A stretch of DNA of 64,000 nucleotides from IMG/VR virus record IMGVR_UViG_3300032286_001377, positions 1-64,000 of that record. One strand, given 5' to 3'. The translations under genes were made by a program, and so were the position numbers. This document shows, one piece after another, positions 17,557 to 27,950 of the stretch; position 1 is the first letter of the stretch, and every line of letters begins with the position of its first letter. Origin of the DNA: a virus. Under the pieces are notes generated by a model that saw only the letters and a list, made by a program, of their open reading frames with translations, did not search any database and was not told where the DNA came from.

Positions 17557-17773
17557 ATTTACCTCCAATAGATATTTTTACTTCATCATATTTTTCTATA
17601 TTCAAATAAAAATCAATGACTGTTTTAATATCTTCAAGTTCTTCTTTTGTTGCATAAAAACCTACACATCCAGACTGAATAAAAATTTTATCATTATAAG
17701 TAAAAGTTCCATCTGAATATTCAGTTAGTTTAATGTTGTTCTTTTCAACAGTTCCATTAATATAGTTATACAT
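17546..17773 (-). CDS. Hypothetical protein
   Basis: Start MYNYING after RBS AGGAG. Confidence 0.6.
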   Translation of the reverse strand: MYNYINGTVEKNNIKLTEYSDGTFTYNDKIFIQSGCVGFYATKEELEDIKTVIDFYLNIEKYDEVKISIGGKYVA

Positions 17774-17781
17774 TTTATCTC

Positions 17782-18141
17782 CTAATAAAAAGTAATAGGA
17801 TCCCAATTAGGATCATCCATTTTTTCACGCATATCTGCCACATACGAATCCCAATCTCTTTCATCTTCTGAGACTTTTTCGTATTTAACTTCACCCTTAT
17901 ATGGATTCGATCTAAACTTGGTAATAATTAATCTTCCTTCTTGCGTTCTCCACCTAAGAGTTCCATTCTTGCAATCGCAGAAGTCATCATCATCAGATTG
18001 AATAACTAATTTAGGGTCGAATCTTCCACTGCAACCCTGACATTTAGAATATCTTCCTTTATCCTGACATCTATTGCAGGACCAACAGAAGGACCAGCAG
18101 GGCTTTTCTGCGGGATTGACTGTAGGATATTGACCAGACAT
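17782..18141 (-). CDS. Cys-rich metal-binding protein
   Basis: CWSFCWSCNRC...CQGC...CDC; TAATG-coupled to dnaE. Confidence 0.65.
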   Translation of the reverse strand: MSGQYPTVNPAEKPCWSFCWSCNRCQDKGRYSKCQGCSGRFDPKLVIQSDDDDFCDCKNGTLRWRTQEGRLIITKFRSNPYKGEVKYEKVSEDERDWDSYVADMREKMDDPNWDPITFY

Positions 18142-21100
18142 TACATCTCCAATTCTATTAATTCTCTTATTGTTGCCTCTATTTTTGAAGAGGCGCTTAC
18201 GTTAAACTTATAAATAATTTTATGTTTACCAGCTTTAGATTGAAGTAAAACCGGTTTATCACCTTTTGAATTATTAATTATATCATATATTTTTTCCAAA
18301 GTTTTAAAACTTGTATTATCTTTAATATCAATGATTATTGCCTTACCTGCAGAAAATAGATGGGCATCGATTTTTTCATAATCATTAAGAAATATTTTAG
18401 GTACGGAGTTTTCTTCATCACCGTCTTTAGTTAAGACTCCAGATATAACAACTGCACTACCAGGAGATAGATCTTCTTCAGGTATATTTTGAGCTGACTT
18501 TGGAAACACAATTACCTCTACGTCAGATCCAATATCTTCTACAGTAAACTTATACATTTTCTGACCCTTTTTGGTCATCATTGACTTAAAGGAAGTAATG
18601 ATTCCTCCAACTTTTACATTAATCCCTGTCTGCATTTCGTTAAGATCAAGCATCTCTGCAGAAATCTTCTTAGATATAACATCCCAAATGCCCATTACTG
18701 GGTGATTGGTAACATATATGCCAAGCTCTTCTTTTTCTTTCTCTAGAATATTCAATTCTTCTAGGCGAGTGAAGGATTCAGAATTATCAGGAATCAATTC
18801 GTCAAAAGCTCCTGCATAAGCCAAGTGTTCAATAGTTGTTTTCTTAAGAATTACAGGATCACATCTTCTAAAGAAATCATTGATGCCTATATACGGATCA
18901 GCTTTATCTCTACCATTGACAATTGCATCAGCGATAGAAGATCCAATGCCGCTAATTGCGGATAACCCAAAGATAATTGAGTTATTATTATATACTTCGA
19001 AATCTATTCCAGAATAATTGATTGAAGGCGGAAGAACATTAATGTTCAACTTTCTACAATCATATAAATACAGTGACTGCTTTTCCTTGTTCCCCACAAC
19101 AGAAGACATAAGTGCAGCCATATATTCTATAGTATAATTCGTTTTCAAGTATGCCGTTATATAACTGACCATTGCATAACTGGCTGCGTGTGCTCTGTTG
19201 AATCCATATCCACCAAAGTATTCAATCTCTGAGAATATTTTATTAGCCAAAGTCTCAGTGATATTAGAATTCTTAATGCATCCATCAACAAACATTGAAC
19301 GCATTTTGGGGATTTTCTCCATCTGTTTTTTACCAATGACCTTACGTAGATCATCTGCTTCAGCCGATGTAAATCCAGCCAATTCTCTAGCAACACCTAA
19401 AACGTCTTCCTGATAAAGCATAATGCCCAGCGAAGGTGCTAGAACTTTTTCTAACTTCGGATGCTCGTATTTTACTTTACTCTTACCATTTTTTCTATCA
19501 ATATATTGTTTATCCATTCCTGAACCCATTGGACCTGGACGATATAGAGAGATCAAAGCCATGATATCTTCGATAGTTCTAGGCTGGATTGCCAACATCA
19601 TGTTTCGCATACCAGAAGATTCCAACTGAAAAACACCAACACTATTCCCTTTGCATAACTCATCAAATGTTTTTGAATCATCCAGGGGGACTTTGTCAAT
19701 GTCAATAGTTATGCCTCTGTGCTTTTCAATCAACGCTAAACACGAATCAATAACACCCAAGTTTCTTAAGCCTAAAAAGTCAATCTTCAATAGACCACAC
19801 TGCTCAACGCGACCCATATCCCACTGAGTCACAATTGGATTATCCGCACCTTTTTTCATGACTGGCAAATAGTTAATGAGTTCTTCTCGCGAAATTACTA
19901 CACCAGCAGCGTGTATCCCTGTCTGACGTACAATTCCTTCCAATCCAAAGGCCGCATCAATAATCTCTTTGCCTTTATCACTATCTTTATAGGCCGATTG
20001 AAACTCCTCAACCTGCATGCATTCAGCAAGATCTTTAGATACACCAAGAACAGGGGGAGGAACCAGTTTAGCTATCGAGTCACCATCAATAAAATCATAT
20101 CCAAGCGCTCTAGCCGCATCACGAATAGACTGTCTCGCACCAGTTCGATTAAAGGTACAAATATGGGCTACATGATCTTCACCATATTTGGTACGAGCAT
20201 AGTTGATAACTTCATCCCTATATCTATCATCAAAGTCCAAGTCAATATCAGGCATGGACTTTCTGCCTTCAACTAAGAATCTTTCAAACATCAATCCAAA
20301 TTTAATTGGATCTAGGTTAGTGATCTTAAAAGCATACGACAGAATGCTGCCAGCAGCAGACCCTCTACCCCATCCGACTCTAATACTATTATTTTTAGCC
20401 CACTGAACCAGATCAGATACCACTAGGAAGTACTCTGGAAAACCCATATCTTTCACAACACGTAGCTCATAGTTAGCACGATCTACAATATGTTCAGGTA
20501 ACGGATTTCCATATCTTTCTTTGAGACCCTCCCAAGCTAGTCGCTCAAAATAATCTATTGAATTTTCATTCGTTGGTATTGGAAAGTTTGGAAAATAGTG
20601 ATCACCAAAGTTAAGATCGACATCTATCATGTCACAAATAGACATACTATTTCTAAGCCATTGTTCATCAAATATTTTTGCCATCTCGTCATATGATTGA
20701 AGATAAAAATTATCTCCACTAAACGAAAATCTATTCTCGGTATGAATATTGCAGTTCGTTGCAACACAGAGCATTATGTCATGCGCACGGGCGTCTGCCT
20801 GGTGCACATAATGACAATCACCGGTAGGAACAACTGGGGCTCCAATAATTGAAGCTATTTTCACAAGATCATTGAACACCTTATTTTGTTCGGCTAAGCC
20901 ATGATTCTGCACTTCGATAAAGTAATTATCTTTGCCGACGATATCTTGCATAGTCTTAGCTGACTTGAGAGCAAAGTCGAAATCATTTCTTAAAAGAGCC
21001 TGAGATATCTCCCCATTAAGGCATCCAGATAAAACTATGATTCCATCACTATGTTCTGAAATTAACTGGTGATCAATTCTAGGCTTCACGTAGTAGCCTT

Positions 21101-21464
21101 CTAGGTATGATCTAGAAGACATTTTAATAATGTTTTTATAGCCAACATTGTTTTTAGCTAGAATAGTTAAATGATATGGACCACGTTGTTCCCATTCGTT
21201 CTTAGCTGGACCTGATCTTTCTTCTTCATCTCTATCAAATCTAGATTTTCTAGCTTGATAAAACTCTGAGCCAAGGATTGGCTTAACACCAGTAGCTTTA
21301 CCTGCGTCATAGAAATCGAGCCAAGAATGAATATTGCCATGATCAGTAGACGCCAAACCTTTCATCCCAAGTTTAGCTGCTCTTTCTAGATACTGTTCAA
21401 TGTCTCCATGCCCATCAAGCATGGAGAACACTGTATGGTTATGTAGGTTAGTCCAGTTTTTCAT
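18141..21464 (-). CDS. dnaE: DNA polymerase III alpha subunit
   Basis: PHP domain (LHNHTVFSMLDG, TDHG, DCHY), GRGSAAGS, MPDIDLDF, GIHAAGVVI, KIDFLGLRNL, FNRAHA, OB-fold; no intein. Confidence 0.97.
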   Translation of the reverse strand: MKNWTNLHNHTVFSMLDGHGDIEQYLERAAKLGMKGLASTDHGNIHSWLDFYDAGKATGVKPILGSEFYQARKSRFDRDEEERSGPAKNEWEQRGPYHLTILAKNNVGYKNIIKMSSRSYLEGYYVKPRIDHQLISEHSDGIIVLSGCLNGEISQALLRNDFDFALKSAKTMQDIVGKDNYFIEVQNHGLAEQNKVFNDLVKIASIIGAPVVPTGDCHYVHQADARAHDIMLCVATNCNIHTENRFSFSGDNFYLQSYDEMAKIFDEQWLRNSMSICDMIDVDLNFGDHYFPNFPIPTNENSIDYFERLAWEGLKERYGNPLPEHIVDRANYELRVVKDMGFPEYFLVVSDLVQWAKNNSIRVGWGRGSAAGSILSYAFKITNLDPIKFGLMFERFLVEGRKSMPDIDLDFDDRYRDEVINYARTKYGEDHVAHICTFNRTGARQSIRDAARALGYDFIDGDSIAKLVPPPVLGVSKDLAECMQVEEFQSAYKDSDKGKEIIDAAFGLEGIVRQTGIHAAGVVISREELINYLPVMKKGADNPIVTQWDMGRVEQCGLLKIDFLGLRNLGVIDSCLALIEKHRGITIDIDKVPLDDSKTFDELCKGNSVGVFQLESSGMRNMMLAIQPRTIEDIMALISLYRPGPMGSGMDKQYIDRKNGKSKVKYEHPKLEKVLAPSLGIMLYQEDVLGVARELAGFTSAEADDLRKVIGKKQMEKIPKMRSMFVDGCIKNSNITETLANKIFSEIEYFGGYGFNRAHAASYAMVSYITAYLKTNYTIEYMAALMSSVVGNKEKQSLYLYDCRKLNINVLPPSINYSGIDFEVYNNNSIIFGLSAISGIGSSIADAIVNGRDKADPYIGINDFFRRCDPVILKKTTIEHLAYAGAFDELIPDNSESFTRLEELNILEKEKEELGIYVTNHPVMGIWDVISKKISAEMLDLNEMQTGINVKVGGIITSFKSMMTKKGQKMYKFTVEDIGSDVEVIVFPKSAQNIPEEDLSPGSAVVISGVLTKDGDEENSVPKIFLNDYEKIDAHLFSAGKAIIIDIKDNTSFKTLEKIYDIINNSKGDKPVLLQSKAGKHKIIYKFNVSASSKIEATIRELIELEM

Positions 21465-21664
21465 CCAATGCCTCTAGAACGATCTGAGCCATCCAATGCC
21501 TCATTGCGAATTTCTCTATATGCAATAATGACTACGCCACCACAATACTTGCACGGCACTGGTTTGCCAGCTTGCGCAAAAGGACTATTCATCATATATC
21601 TTTCTGGTTGATCTGACTTACACTCAGAACAAACCCCTACAACATCATCTGTATTTTCAATCAT
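21461..21664 (-). CDS. Zn-ribbon protein
   Basis: CSEC...CKYC. Confidence 0.6.
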   Translation of the reverse strand: MIENTDDVVGVCSECKSDQPERYMMNSPFAQAGKPVPCKYCGGVVIIAYREIRNEALDGSDRSRGIG

Positions 21665-22862
21665 TTTTCACCCCCTTAGTTATACTCTTGTATGCAAAAC
21701 GGATTGGCGAAGGAGATGACTCTTCTTCTGATTCAACATATTTATTTCCTATCTTAATCCATTTTTTCTTTTTATCTAAATGACACTGACCACAACCAAC
21801 ACCTGCTACATTAGCTCTTTCGCAAGTGTATGGTCTTCCGCCAATACCAAGTTGGCGACGACGAATCCAATCATTAATGTGGCTATTACTTTTTTCAACA
21901 TTATAATCTTCACAATTAGATAATATCTTATGAAGCAACTGAATTGATTCGTCTGTATACGTTAAGATCGAACATAGGAAAAGTCTAGCTTCATGATCTA
22001 ACCATTTCTTTTCTATTGCCTGCTTCCACAAACCCTTGATTGCTGGACAACTTTCTAGCAATCTTTCTTCTGTAAATTCCTTATCCTTGTCTTCGATATC
22101 TTTAAATACAGAAGATCCATGTTTATTGAAATAGGCTAAAAAATCTTTGGACTTTTCTTTTTCAATCTCAAGATTATATGTGAACTCCCTAAACCATTGA
22201 TTTGCATTAGGGTTAAAAATCTGGTCTTCAACAACATTCTCGCGTCGAATCTCACAGTACTCCTGAATAGAAGAACAATCATTAACAAGCATATCTTTTG
22301 GAATAAGATTTTTGTATAGTCCAGTAGATTGATGCCTACTTCCCTCAAGTCTCCACATCCTACGTGCATCATAAACGCTAAAATCTAAAGAAGTTAGATT
22401 AAGATCATCCTTAATAGTATTTGCAATAAAGCGAAAAATGTTAGGAAGATTATTAGAAGGATTAATTCCTAACGCTATCGGTTCACACTCAACATGAAAT
22501 CCTTTTTTACCTGTAAAATAAATAAGGATAGCAGAATCGGGAATGAATTTGGATAAATAAAAATATAGTTTTGTACATTCGTAATATGATACTTCTATGT
22601 TTTCATTATCAATGTCAAAGTATAAAGGTCCAAGTCTGACTGCCTCATTAATATCTTCATCTACATTGTAATTCCACACTGAAGTATATAGACCTGTATT
22701 GTTATTTTCATTTCTAAATTTTTCAATATCATTAACATCCATAAGATATGGCATATCGCCATTCTTAATTCGGACCACCTTGTCAAACTTTGATACATAC
22801 TTGGCGACTTCTACATACTTCCATGAAGAAAGATATTTACTTTTTTCGGTGGGTGGTTTCAT
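21657..22862 (-). CDS. Archaeo-eukaryotic primase with PriL-like Cys-containing C-terminal domain
   Basis: LYFDID, FTGKKGFH, D.SVY..RR.WRL.GS; C-terminal CPAI...LDHEARLFL...PYTC...CGQC. Confidence 0.75.
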   Translation of the reverse strand: MKPPTEKSKYLSSWKYVEVAKYVSKFDKVVRIKNGDMPYLMDVNDIEKFRNENNNTGLYTSVWNYNVDEDINEAVRLGPLYFDIDNENIEVSYYECTKLYFYLSKFIPDSAILIYFTGKKGFHVECEPIALGINPSNNLPNIFRFIANTIKDDLNLTSLDFSVYDARRMWRLEGSRHQSTGLYKNLIPKDMLVNDCSSIQEYCEIRRENVVEDQIFNPNANQWFREFTYNLEIEKEKSKDFLAYFNKHGSSVFKDIEDKDKEFTEERLLESCPAIKGLWKQAIEKKWLDHEARLFLCSILTYTDESIQLLHKILSNCEDYNVEKSNSHINDWIRRRQLGIGGRPYTCERANVAGVGCGQCHLDKKKKWIKIGNKYVESEEESSPSPIRFAYKSITKGVKND

Positions 22863-23047
22863 AATATTTTCTTTTTGGTGTCTTTATCTTCTAGGCTACA
22901 AATACTTATCTTACTTGAAAGATTGAAGTCTTCTGCATGAGTTCTATAATAGATTGATTCTTTTATGATCTGCTCTAGATTAGAGATGATATGGATTCTT
23001 TTAGCAATCTTTAGATCAGTATTTAGATCAATCTCGCCATTTGTCAT
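22859..23047 (-). CDS. Hypothetical protein
   Basis: Probable start MTNGEID; fills the gap between the HD protein and the primase. Confidence 0.45.
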   Translation of the reverse strand: MTNGEIDLNTDLKIAKRIHIISNLEQIIKESIYYRTHAEDFNLSSKISICSLEDKDTKKKIL

Positions 23048-23705
23048 TGATAAGTTCGCTATCTTCGATGTATGAATGTATTTTACTGGCAATATTATCC
23101 GCAATATGGACAATATAATCCATATAGGTAATTGGATAAGTCTCTGGAACTGGCGACCATGGACCAAGATGGCATCGAATTAATCTTAGAATAGTCTGCA
23201 TTGTATCTTCTGATATAAAAAGAGAAGATGACATACTATCTGATCCAAATTCTTTATCATATCTTTGACAGTCTACTACAAATTGATTTACTGTATAGGG
23301 ATGCATGGGATCATAATGGAAAGACCCTACATCTTCAGACGCTATACCTTTTGTTATATCATGCAGCAGGCATGCTGCAAGGATTATATCACGTTCGTCA
23401 GCAGAGAGAGTATAAGAATCTACCATAGTATTAGCTACACGAGTAACTCTTTTTGTATGAAGAACATTACCACCTTCACCATGTTCGTCTTTAGGGTGAT
23501 ACTTGCCAGAAAAACTTGATGGAATAATCCAAAAGAGATCTGCTTTTAATAAAATTGAACGAACAAAAGATTTAATAGTATCATCTGAGATCAATTCAAT
23601 TTCTGGCAAAAGTGGTTGAAGGATTTCATTTTCTTGATCAAGAATATCTTTTTTATTTTCTACAAGAATTTGATCTAAAAGATTTTTTTTAGTCATTTTT
23701 ACCAA
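23028..23705 (-). CDS. HD-domain phosphohydrolase
   Basis: SGKYH, LHTKRV, LLHDITK, CHLGPW, VHIAD. Confidence 0.85.
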   Translation of the reverse strand: MVKMTKKNLLDQILVENKKDILDQENEILQPLLPEIELISDDTIKSFVRSILLKADLFWIIPSSFSGKYHPKDEHGEGGNVLHTKRVTRVANTMVDSYTLSADERDIILAACLLHDITKGIASEDVGSFHYDPMHPYTVNQFVVDCQRYDKEFGSDSMSSSLFISEDTMQTILRLIRCHLGPWSPVPETYPITYMDYIVHIADNIASKIHSYIEDSELINDKWRD

Positions 23706-24485
23706 TCACTTAGGTTGATATTTCCAATTTTTACACTGATCATCAAAAGGACATTTCTTACAATAAGAAGTCAATCCTCTTCGGGGCATATATGTTTCTT
23801 TAGTATATATTGTATCACACCAATATTCTAATGAATCTATGTCTTCTGAAGAAATGTCATACTCAATAAAATCTAATTTATTAGATAACAGATCTATATA
23901 TCCAAACTTTGTTTCAGCCAACCTAGCTGGATGGCGATGCTTGAAACCTGCATACATTACAGAAAAATCTGTTTGATATAAATAACTATAATTTGATTTA
24001 TAGTTAAATAAAAATTTGACAACATAATTATTGTTATCTTTTCTATATATTAAATCAAACTTTTCTTCTATTTTAATATTCTTATTAAGCACCGCAACAA
24101 AGTCATCACTTATAGCCAAAGGGATAAGCTCAATATCAGAATACATTTCGTAAAAATTTAGCAGGATATTCGCAGCCTTAGTTGTGAGGCTAGACATATT
24201 TCCGTACGCACTTTCATGCTGTTCTGTGATGATGTCATAGTGGTCAGTGTTTTTAGGAAACCATATCTTCTCCCATCTATTTAAAAGAGAAGAATAAGAC
24301 GGCGTTATACCAGCCTGCTTTTTATACCAAAAGAAATATAAAATACTTTTAATACTTGATTCAAATTTAATTGTATATATATCTCTTGAATATATTTTCT
24401 CAGGAAGCTTATCATTATACCTATAATCGTACAATCTTTCGCATGTTTGGAAATCTTTAATTCCATTTACTGTTAAACTTAACAT
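23706..24485 (-). CDS. Cas4/RecB-like Fe-S protein, nuclease motif apparently degenerate
   Basis: N-terminal FQTC..Y and C-terminal CKKCPFDDQC retained; FDLIY...YVVKFLF stands where (D/E)xK is expected. Confidence 0.65.
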   Translation of the reverse strand: MLSLTVNGIKDFQTCERLYDYRYNDKLPEKIYSRDIYTIKFESSIKSILYFFWYKKQAGITPSYSSLLNRWEKIWFPKNTDHYDIITEQHESAYGNMSSLTTKAANILLNFYEMYSDIELIPLAISDDFVAVLNKNIKIEEKFDLIYRKDNNNYVVKFLFNYKSNYSYLYQTDFSVMYAGFKHRHPARLAETKFGYIDLLSNKLDFIEYDISSEDIDSLEYWCDTIYTKETYMPRRGLTSYCKKCPFDDQCKNWKYQPK

Positions 24486-25948
24486 TAATCAAATCCTTCA
24501 CCATTTAAAAGTTGGGTGAGATCTGAAATCTCACTATACGACGAAGATGATACCACTTCATAATCTTCGTATATCTTTTTAGAATCCACATATCTCACCA
24601 GCGGAGGGTCATATACAAATGCAGATCCGGTTATTCTATTCTTAGGTATCTGAAGCTGCATTATATTTTCATCTTCAGTCTCATCGTTAGATGCTAATCT
24701 TTTCTCTGTAATAAAAATGGTCACAGCACACTTCTGCTGAATAGCCAAAGAGCCACCAGTATCAGACTGCTGTACTACTTCACGTTTTTCTTTCATTCTA
24801 TTTGAGTTCTCTTGCGCAGTAATAATTAATACACAGTTCATATCTCTTGCAAGTTTTTCCAACTTGACCATCATCTCTTCAAATTCGCCCCATCGTGGTT
24901 TACCTTTACCACTACCACGAGTAAACATTGATTGGATGGTATCTATAATCACAATATCAGGCATCTTGCTGCTATCGCCAATGAGGTCTCTTAGCCAAAA
25001 TTCAAGATCTTCAAAGTATGGCGTCTCAGGATCGTGACGAATCATCAATCGATCACCCCACTCTTCTAACTTAGACTTAAAAATACCAAGATAATAATCT
25101 TTCTGCTCTTTGGACCAATTATCAGACTCCGCATAAACGTTATGCCCAATAATCTGTGTCATTAAAATTCTTTCCCAATGCCCAAGGGCCTCTTCGAAAT
25201 TTACATAAAGAACTCTAAATCCAGTATCCAACCAATGATTGGCTAGACACTTGGCGAACGTGCTCTTACCTTTACCAGATGGGGCTATAATTGCGTGTAC
25301 AGCGCCACGGAAGAAGCCACCATCCTCAGTATAGCCCATCGCCTTGTTGAGTGCTTTAAACTGCGTAGGAACGAAATCAGGGATGTCTAGTAGGCTAGAC
25401 GCTCTAGAAATAATATCTAGACCTGTAGTTAACTTACTAAATGGGTCATACTTTAATTGATTCTCAAGATCTTTAATTTGAGAAGTTAAAATATTTATTC
25501 TATCTACATCATCTTGAGATTTAAGGCCTTTCTTATTTACAAGAATCTGTAACTCTTGCAAATAATTCAGCTGCTTTCTCTTATTAGCTTTATGTTTAAC
25601 TAACTCTAGTACTGACTCTTTATTTGAAGTCTCTACCTTAATTATGATATCCAACATGATAGAAACACCAGCTGCACCACCTAATGCATCATAAATGTCA
25701 GTCTCAGAAGAAAGCCATGACTTAAATGCTATAGGATCAACTTGCGGTAAGTTAGTAGACCTATAAAAGGATAAGAGAGCCCCGTAGAATTCATGTATAC
25801 CTTTTTCTCCATGGATGATTCCAACAATCTCTTGAGAAAGATTTTGATTAAAAAACTCTATCGCTCCAGGTTCATTCATGCATAGTGAAAAGATCTGATA
25901 CTCTAAAGGTATCTCATGTGTTTCTTTTACATCATCAAGAATCATCAA
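24485..25948 (-). CDS. dnaB: DnaB-like replicative helicase
   Basis: APSGKGKST Walker A, LYVNFEE, VIIDTIQ Walker B, IITAQEN, KNR. Confidence 0.85.
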   Translation of the reverse strand: MMILDDVKETHEIPLEYQIFSLCMNEPGAIEFFNQNLSQEIVGIIHGEKGIHEFYGALLSFYRSTNLPQVDPIAFKSWLSSETDIYDALGGAAGVSIMLDIIIKVETSNKESVLELVKHKANKRKQLNYLQELQILVNKKGLKSQDDVDRINILTSQIKDLENQLKYDPFSKLTTGLDIISRASSLLDIPDFVPTQFKALNKAMGYTEDGGFFRGAVHAIIAPSGKGKSTFAKCLANHWLDTGFRVLYVNFEEALGHWERILMTQIIGHNVYAESDNWSKEQKDYYLGIFKSKLEEWGDRLMIRHDPETPYFEDLEFWLRDLIGDSSKMPDIVIIDTIQSMFTRGSGKGKPRWGEFEEMMVKLEKLARDMNCVLIITAQENSNRMKEKREVVQQSDTGGSLAIQQKCAVTIFITEKRLASNDETEDENIMQLQIPKNRITGSAFVYDPPLVRYVDSKKIYEDYEVVSSSSYSEISDLTQLLNGEGFD

Positions 25949-26576
25949 ACTTATTTCCTTTTATTCTCTTGTAGAGACTTCTTTTATATTCAGAATTACG
26001 TTTCTTCATACTCTGATAATACTCAGATGAAGTAACGCTTTTCTTAGGGACCTTAAGTTGCTCAGGTGGAGAGCTTTTAATTCCATCCAAGATTCTATCA
26101 CAAACACTATTCTCATTCAGAGCATCATTGTATCGAAATACAATCAATACAATATCATTATCCTTACACCACTGTGCTTTTTTAACATCTCGTTTTTGCG
26201 CTTCTTCAAATTCATATTTTGAATCAAAAAATCTGCCAGTATAAAAGAAATGTTGACGCCCATGGAACTCAATAGCAAGCTTGTAAGCTGGACAATAGAT
26301 ATCTAGCTTAAGCTTATCTCCAATGTGATACTCATTGATTATCTCTTCGCCAGGGATCAACTTCTTTAAAAGAAGAGTTAAAGCTGTTTGACCTCTAGAC
26401 ATTTTACGTCTAGAGGTCTTAAGCCAATTCAATCCCATTGAATTAATTTTCTTATTCACTTCATTGATATCAACATTTAATTCTTTTGCGATATCTGAAA
26501 TTGAAAGATTTGTATCAAATAAAAGATCTATTAAGAATTCGGTGTCGTCATCTTCTAGTCTTTTATGTTTTTTCAT
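25935..26576 (-). CDS. HTH plus Vsr/DUF559-like endonuclease
   Basis: N-terminal LSISDIAKELNV HTH; LKLDIY, LAIEFHGRQH, RD..K..WC....IVLIVFRY. Confidence 0.7.
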   Translation of the reverse strand: MKKHKRLEDDDTEFLIDLLFDTNLSISDIAKELNVDINEVNKKINSMGLNWLKTSRRKMSRGQTALTLLLKKLIPGEEIINEYHIGDKLKLDIYCPAYKLAIEFHGRQHFFYTGRFFDSKYEFEEAQKRDVKKAQWCKDNDIVLIVFRYNDALNENSVCDRILDGIKSSPPEQLKVPKKSVTSSEYYQSMKKRNSEYKRSLYKRIKGNKFDDS

Positions 26577-26577
26577 A

Positions 26578-27204
26578 TCAAAGCGAACTCTTATAAAGGT
26601 TTAAAGTTTTACCAAAATCTACAACTGACATATTTAGATTTTCCCATATCTTAGGTAGGAGTGCAAGACCGAAAATTCCACAATCAAGAATACAATAGTC
26701 TACACCACCATCAAACTCTGTCAACTGAGAATATACTGAATCAAGTCTATCGTAATGATTCGAATAGGGAACATTGATGACATGAGTATTATAACCTAAA
26801 TGTTTTTGAACTAGTTTCTTATCATGAAATGAAATAGTTACTGTCTTACTTTCCTTAAAGAAAAAGTCTAATACAGTGTTGTACACTTCTCTATTATTCA
26901 TGTAATAATATTCAAAAATATTTGAATAATAATACTCTACATTTTTATTTAAACCAATTTTAAAATGTTTCCCAGCATCAATGTCAGACATTAAGGTATG
27001 AGAAATAGCTTTCATTACTCTTTTATCTGAATTCTTTAAAGAAGAAATAACATTCTTCGCAAAGAAATTTGGAAAAGAATTTTCACTATTCTTACTTAAA
27101 CCAACTATTGATGATTTGGGAACATTAATATAGCTAAACTTTTCATGACCTTGAAGAGCCTTTGTTACATTAATTAGTGATTGAGTTGGATTTAAAAATG
27201 ACAT
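26578..27204 (-). CDS. Putative GT-D-fold glycosyltransferase-like protein
   Basis: C-terminal INVP...YD...DYCILDCGIFGLAL...I......VVDFGK resembles the GT-D/DUF1792 C-terminus. Confidence 0.5.
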   Translation of the reverse strand: MSFLNPTQSLINVTKALQGHEKFSYINVPKSSIVGLSKNSENSFPNFFAKNVISSLKNSDKRVMKAISHTLMSDIDAGKHFKIGLNKNVEYYYSNIFEYYYMNNREVYNTVLDFFFKESKTVTISFHDKKLVQKHLGYNTHVINVPYSNHYDRLDSVYSQLTEFDGGVDYCILDCGIFGLALLPKIWENLNMSVVDFGKTLNLYKSSL

Positions 27205-27897
27205 TTAGACTCCAAATACTCCCCAGTCAATTAAGACTGGATTAGGATCCATTATTGAATTGATATGTTCCAACTGATGGAATTCTCCACCATCTAGATT
27301 TGAATAACGCTCAAATTTAGAACGCTTATCTTCATCTCTAGTGTAGCCAAGATGCTGCATTACTAAACCGGAATTTTCCCAATAGTTTCTAGCACGGATC
27401 CAATCACCAACATAAGTTGGCTCTGAGCCACATGCAAGTTTTCTATTAGCAAAACCGCCATTATCAATGTATCTAAATATTCTAGAACTATTATTTGGAG
27501 TCCATAACTTATCTACACGATATTGAGTTTCATTCCACATATGATAAAAACGAACATTCACAACGTCGAACGGTGAACTCTCAAGAACTTTTCTAATCGG
27601 TTCTTCACCTGTATGAAAAAGCTTTTCATCGCAGTCAATTGCAATAATCCAGTCTCCTGTTTTAGCAAATTTCTGCAAATTGCTCCAAGCAAATGCTCTA
27701 AGTTGACCTTCGTGTTCAGTAAACATTGGTCTAGAAGTCTGAAATACTTCTGCATACTTAGAAGCTATTTCTAAAGTATCATCTTCTGATCCATCATCCG
27801 TAAAAATTACTTTATCAACTTGAGTTGATATTCTTTGCAACACATCTTCTAAAAATCTAGAAGATTCATTTCTTCCAATCATCTGAGCGTAAATCAT
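27205..27897 (-). CDS. Glycosyltransferase family 2-like
   Basis: RNE, FTDDGSEDDT, WIIAIDCDE (DxD), HLGY. Confidence 0.8.
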   Translation of the reverse strand: MIYAQMIGRNESSRFLEDVLQRISTQVDKVIFTDDGSEDDTLEIASKYAEVFQTSRPMFTEHEGQLRAFAWSNLQKFAKTGDWIIAIDCDEKLFHTGEEPIRKVLESSPFDVVNVRFYHMWNETQYRVDKLWTPNNSSRIFRYIDNGGFANRKLACGSEPTYVGDWIRARNYWENSGLVMQHLGYTRDEDKRSKFERYSNLDGGEFHQLEHINSIMDPNPVLIDWGVFGV

Positions 27898-27909
27898 TTA
27901 CTTCTCCTT

Positions 27910-27950
27910 AAAAAGGGAGGCGTGAGGGGAGCAAATTTCCCCTCACGCCT
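27910..27950 (-). terminator. 13-bp hairpin / terminator
   Basis: AGGCGTGAGGGGA-7nt-TCCCCTCACGCCT then CCCTTTTT. Confidence 0.7.

Noticed and set aside
16589-24485. Cas4-like and HD proteins as a CRISPR-Cas system
   Set aside because: No repeat-spacer array, cas1/cas2 or effector genes are visible; these are common phage recombination and nucleotide enzymes.
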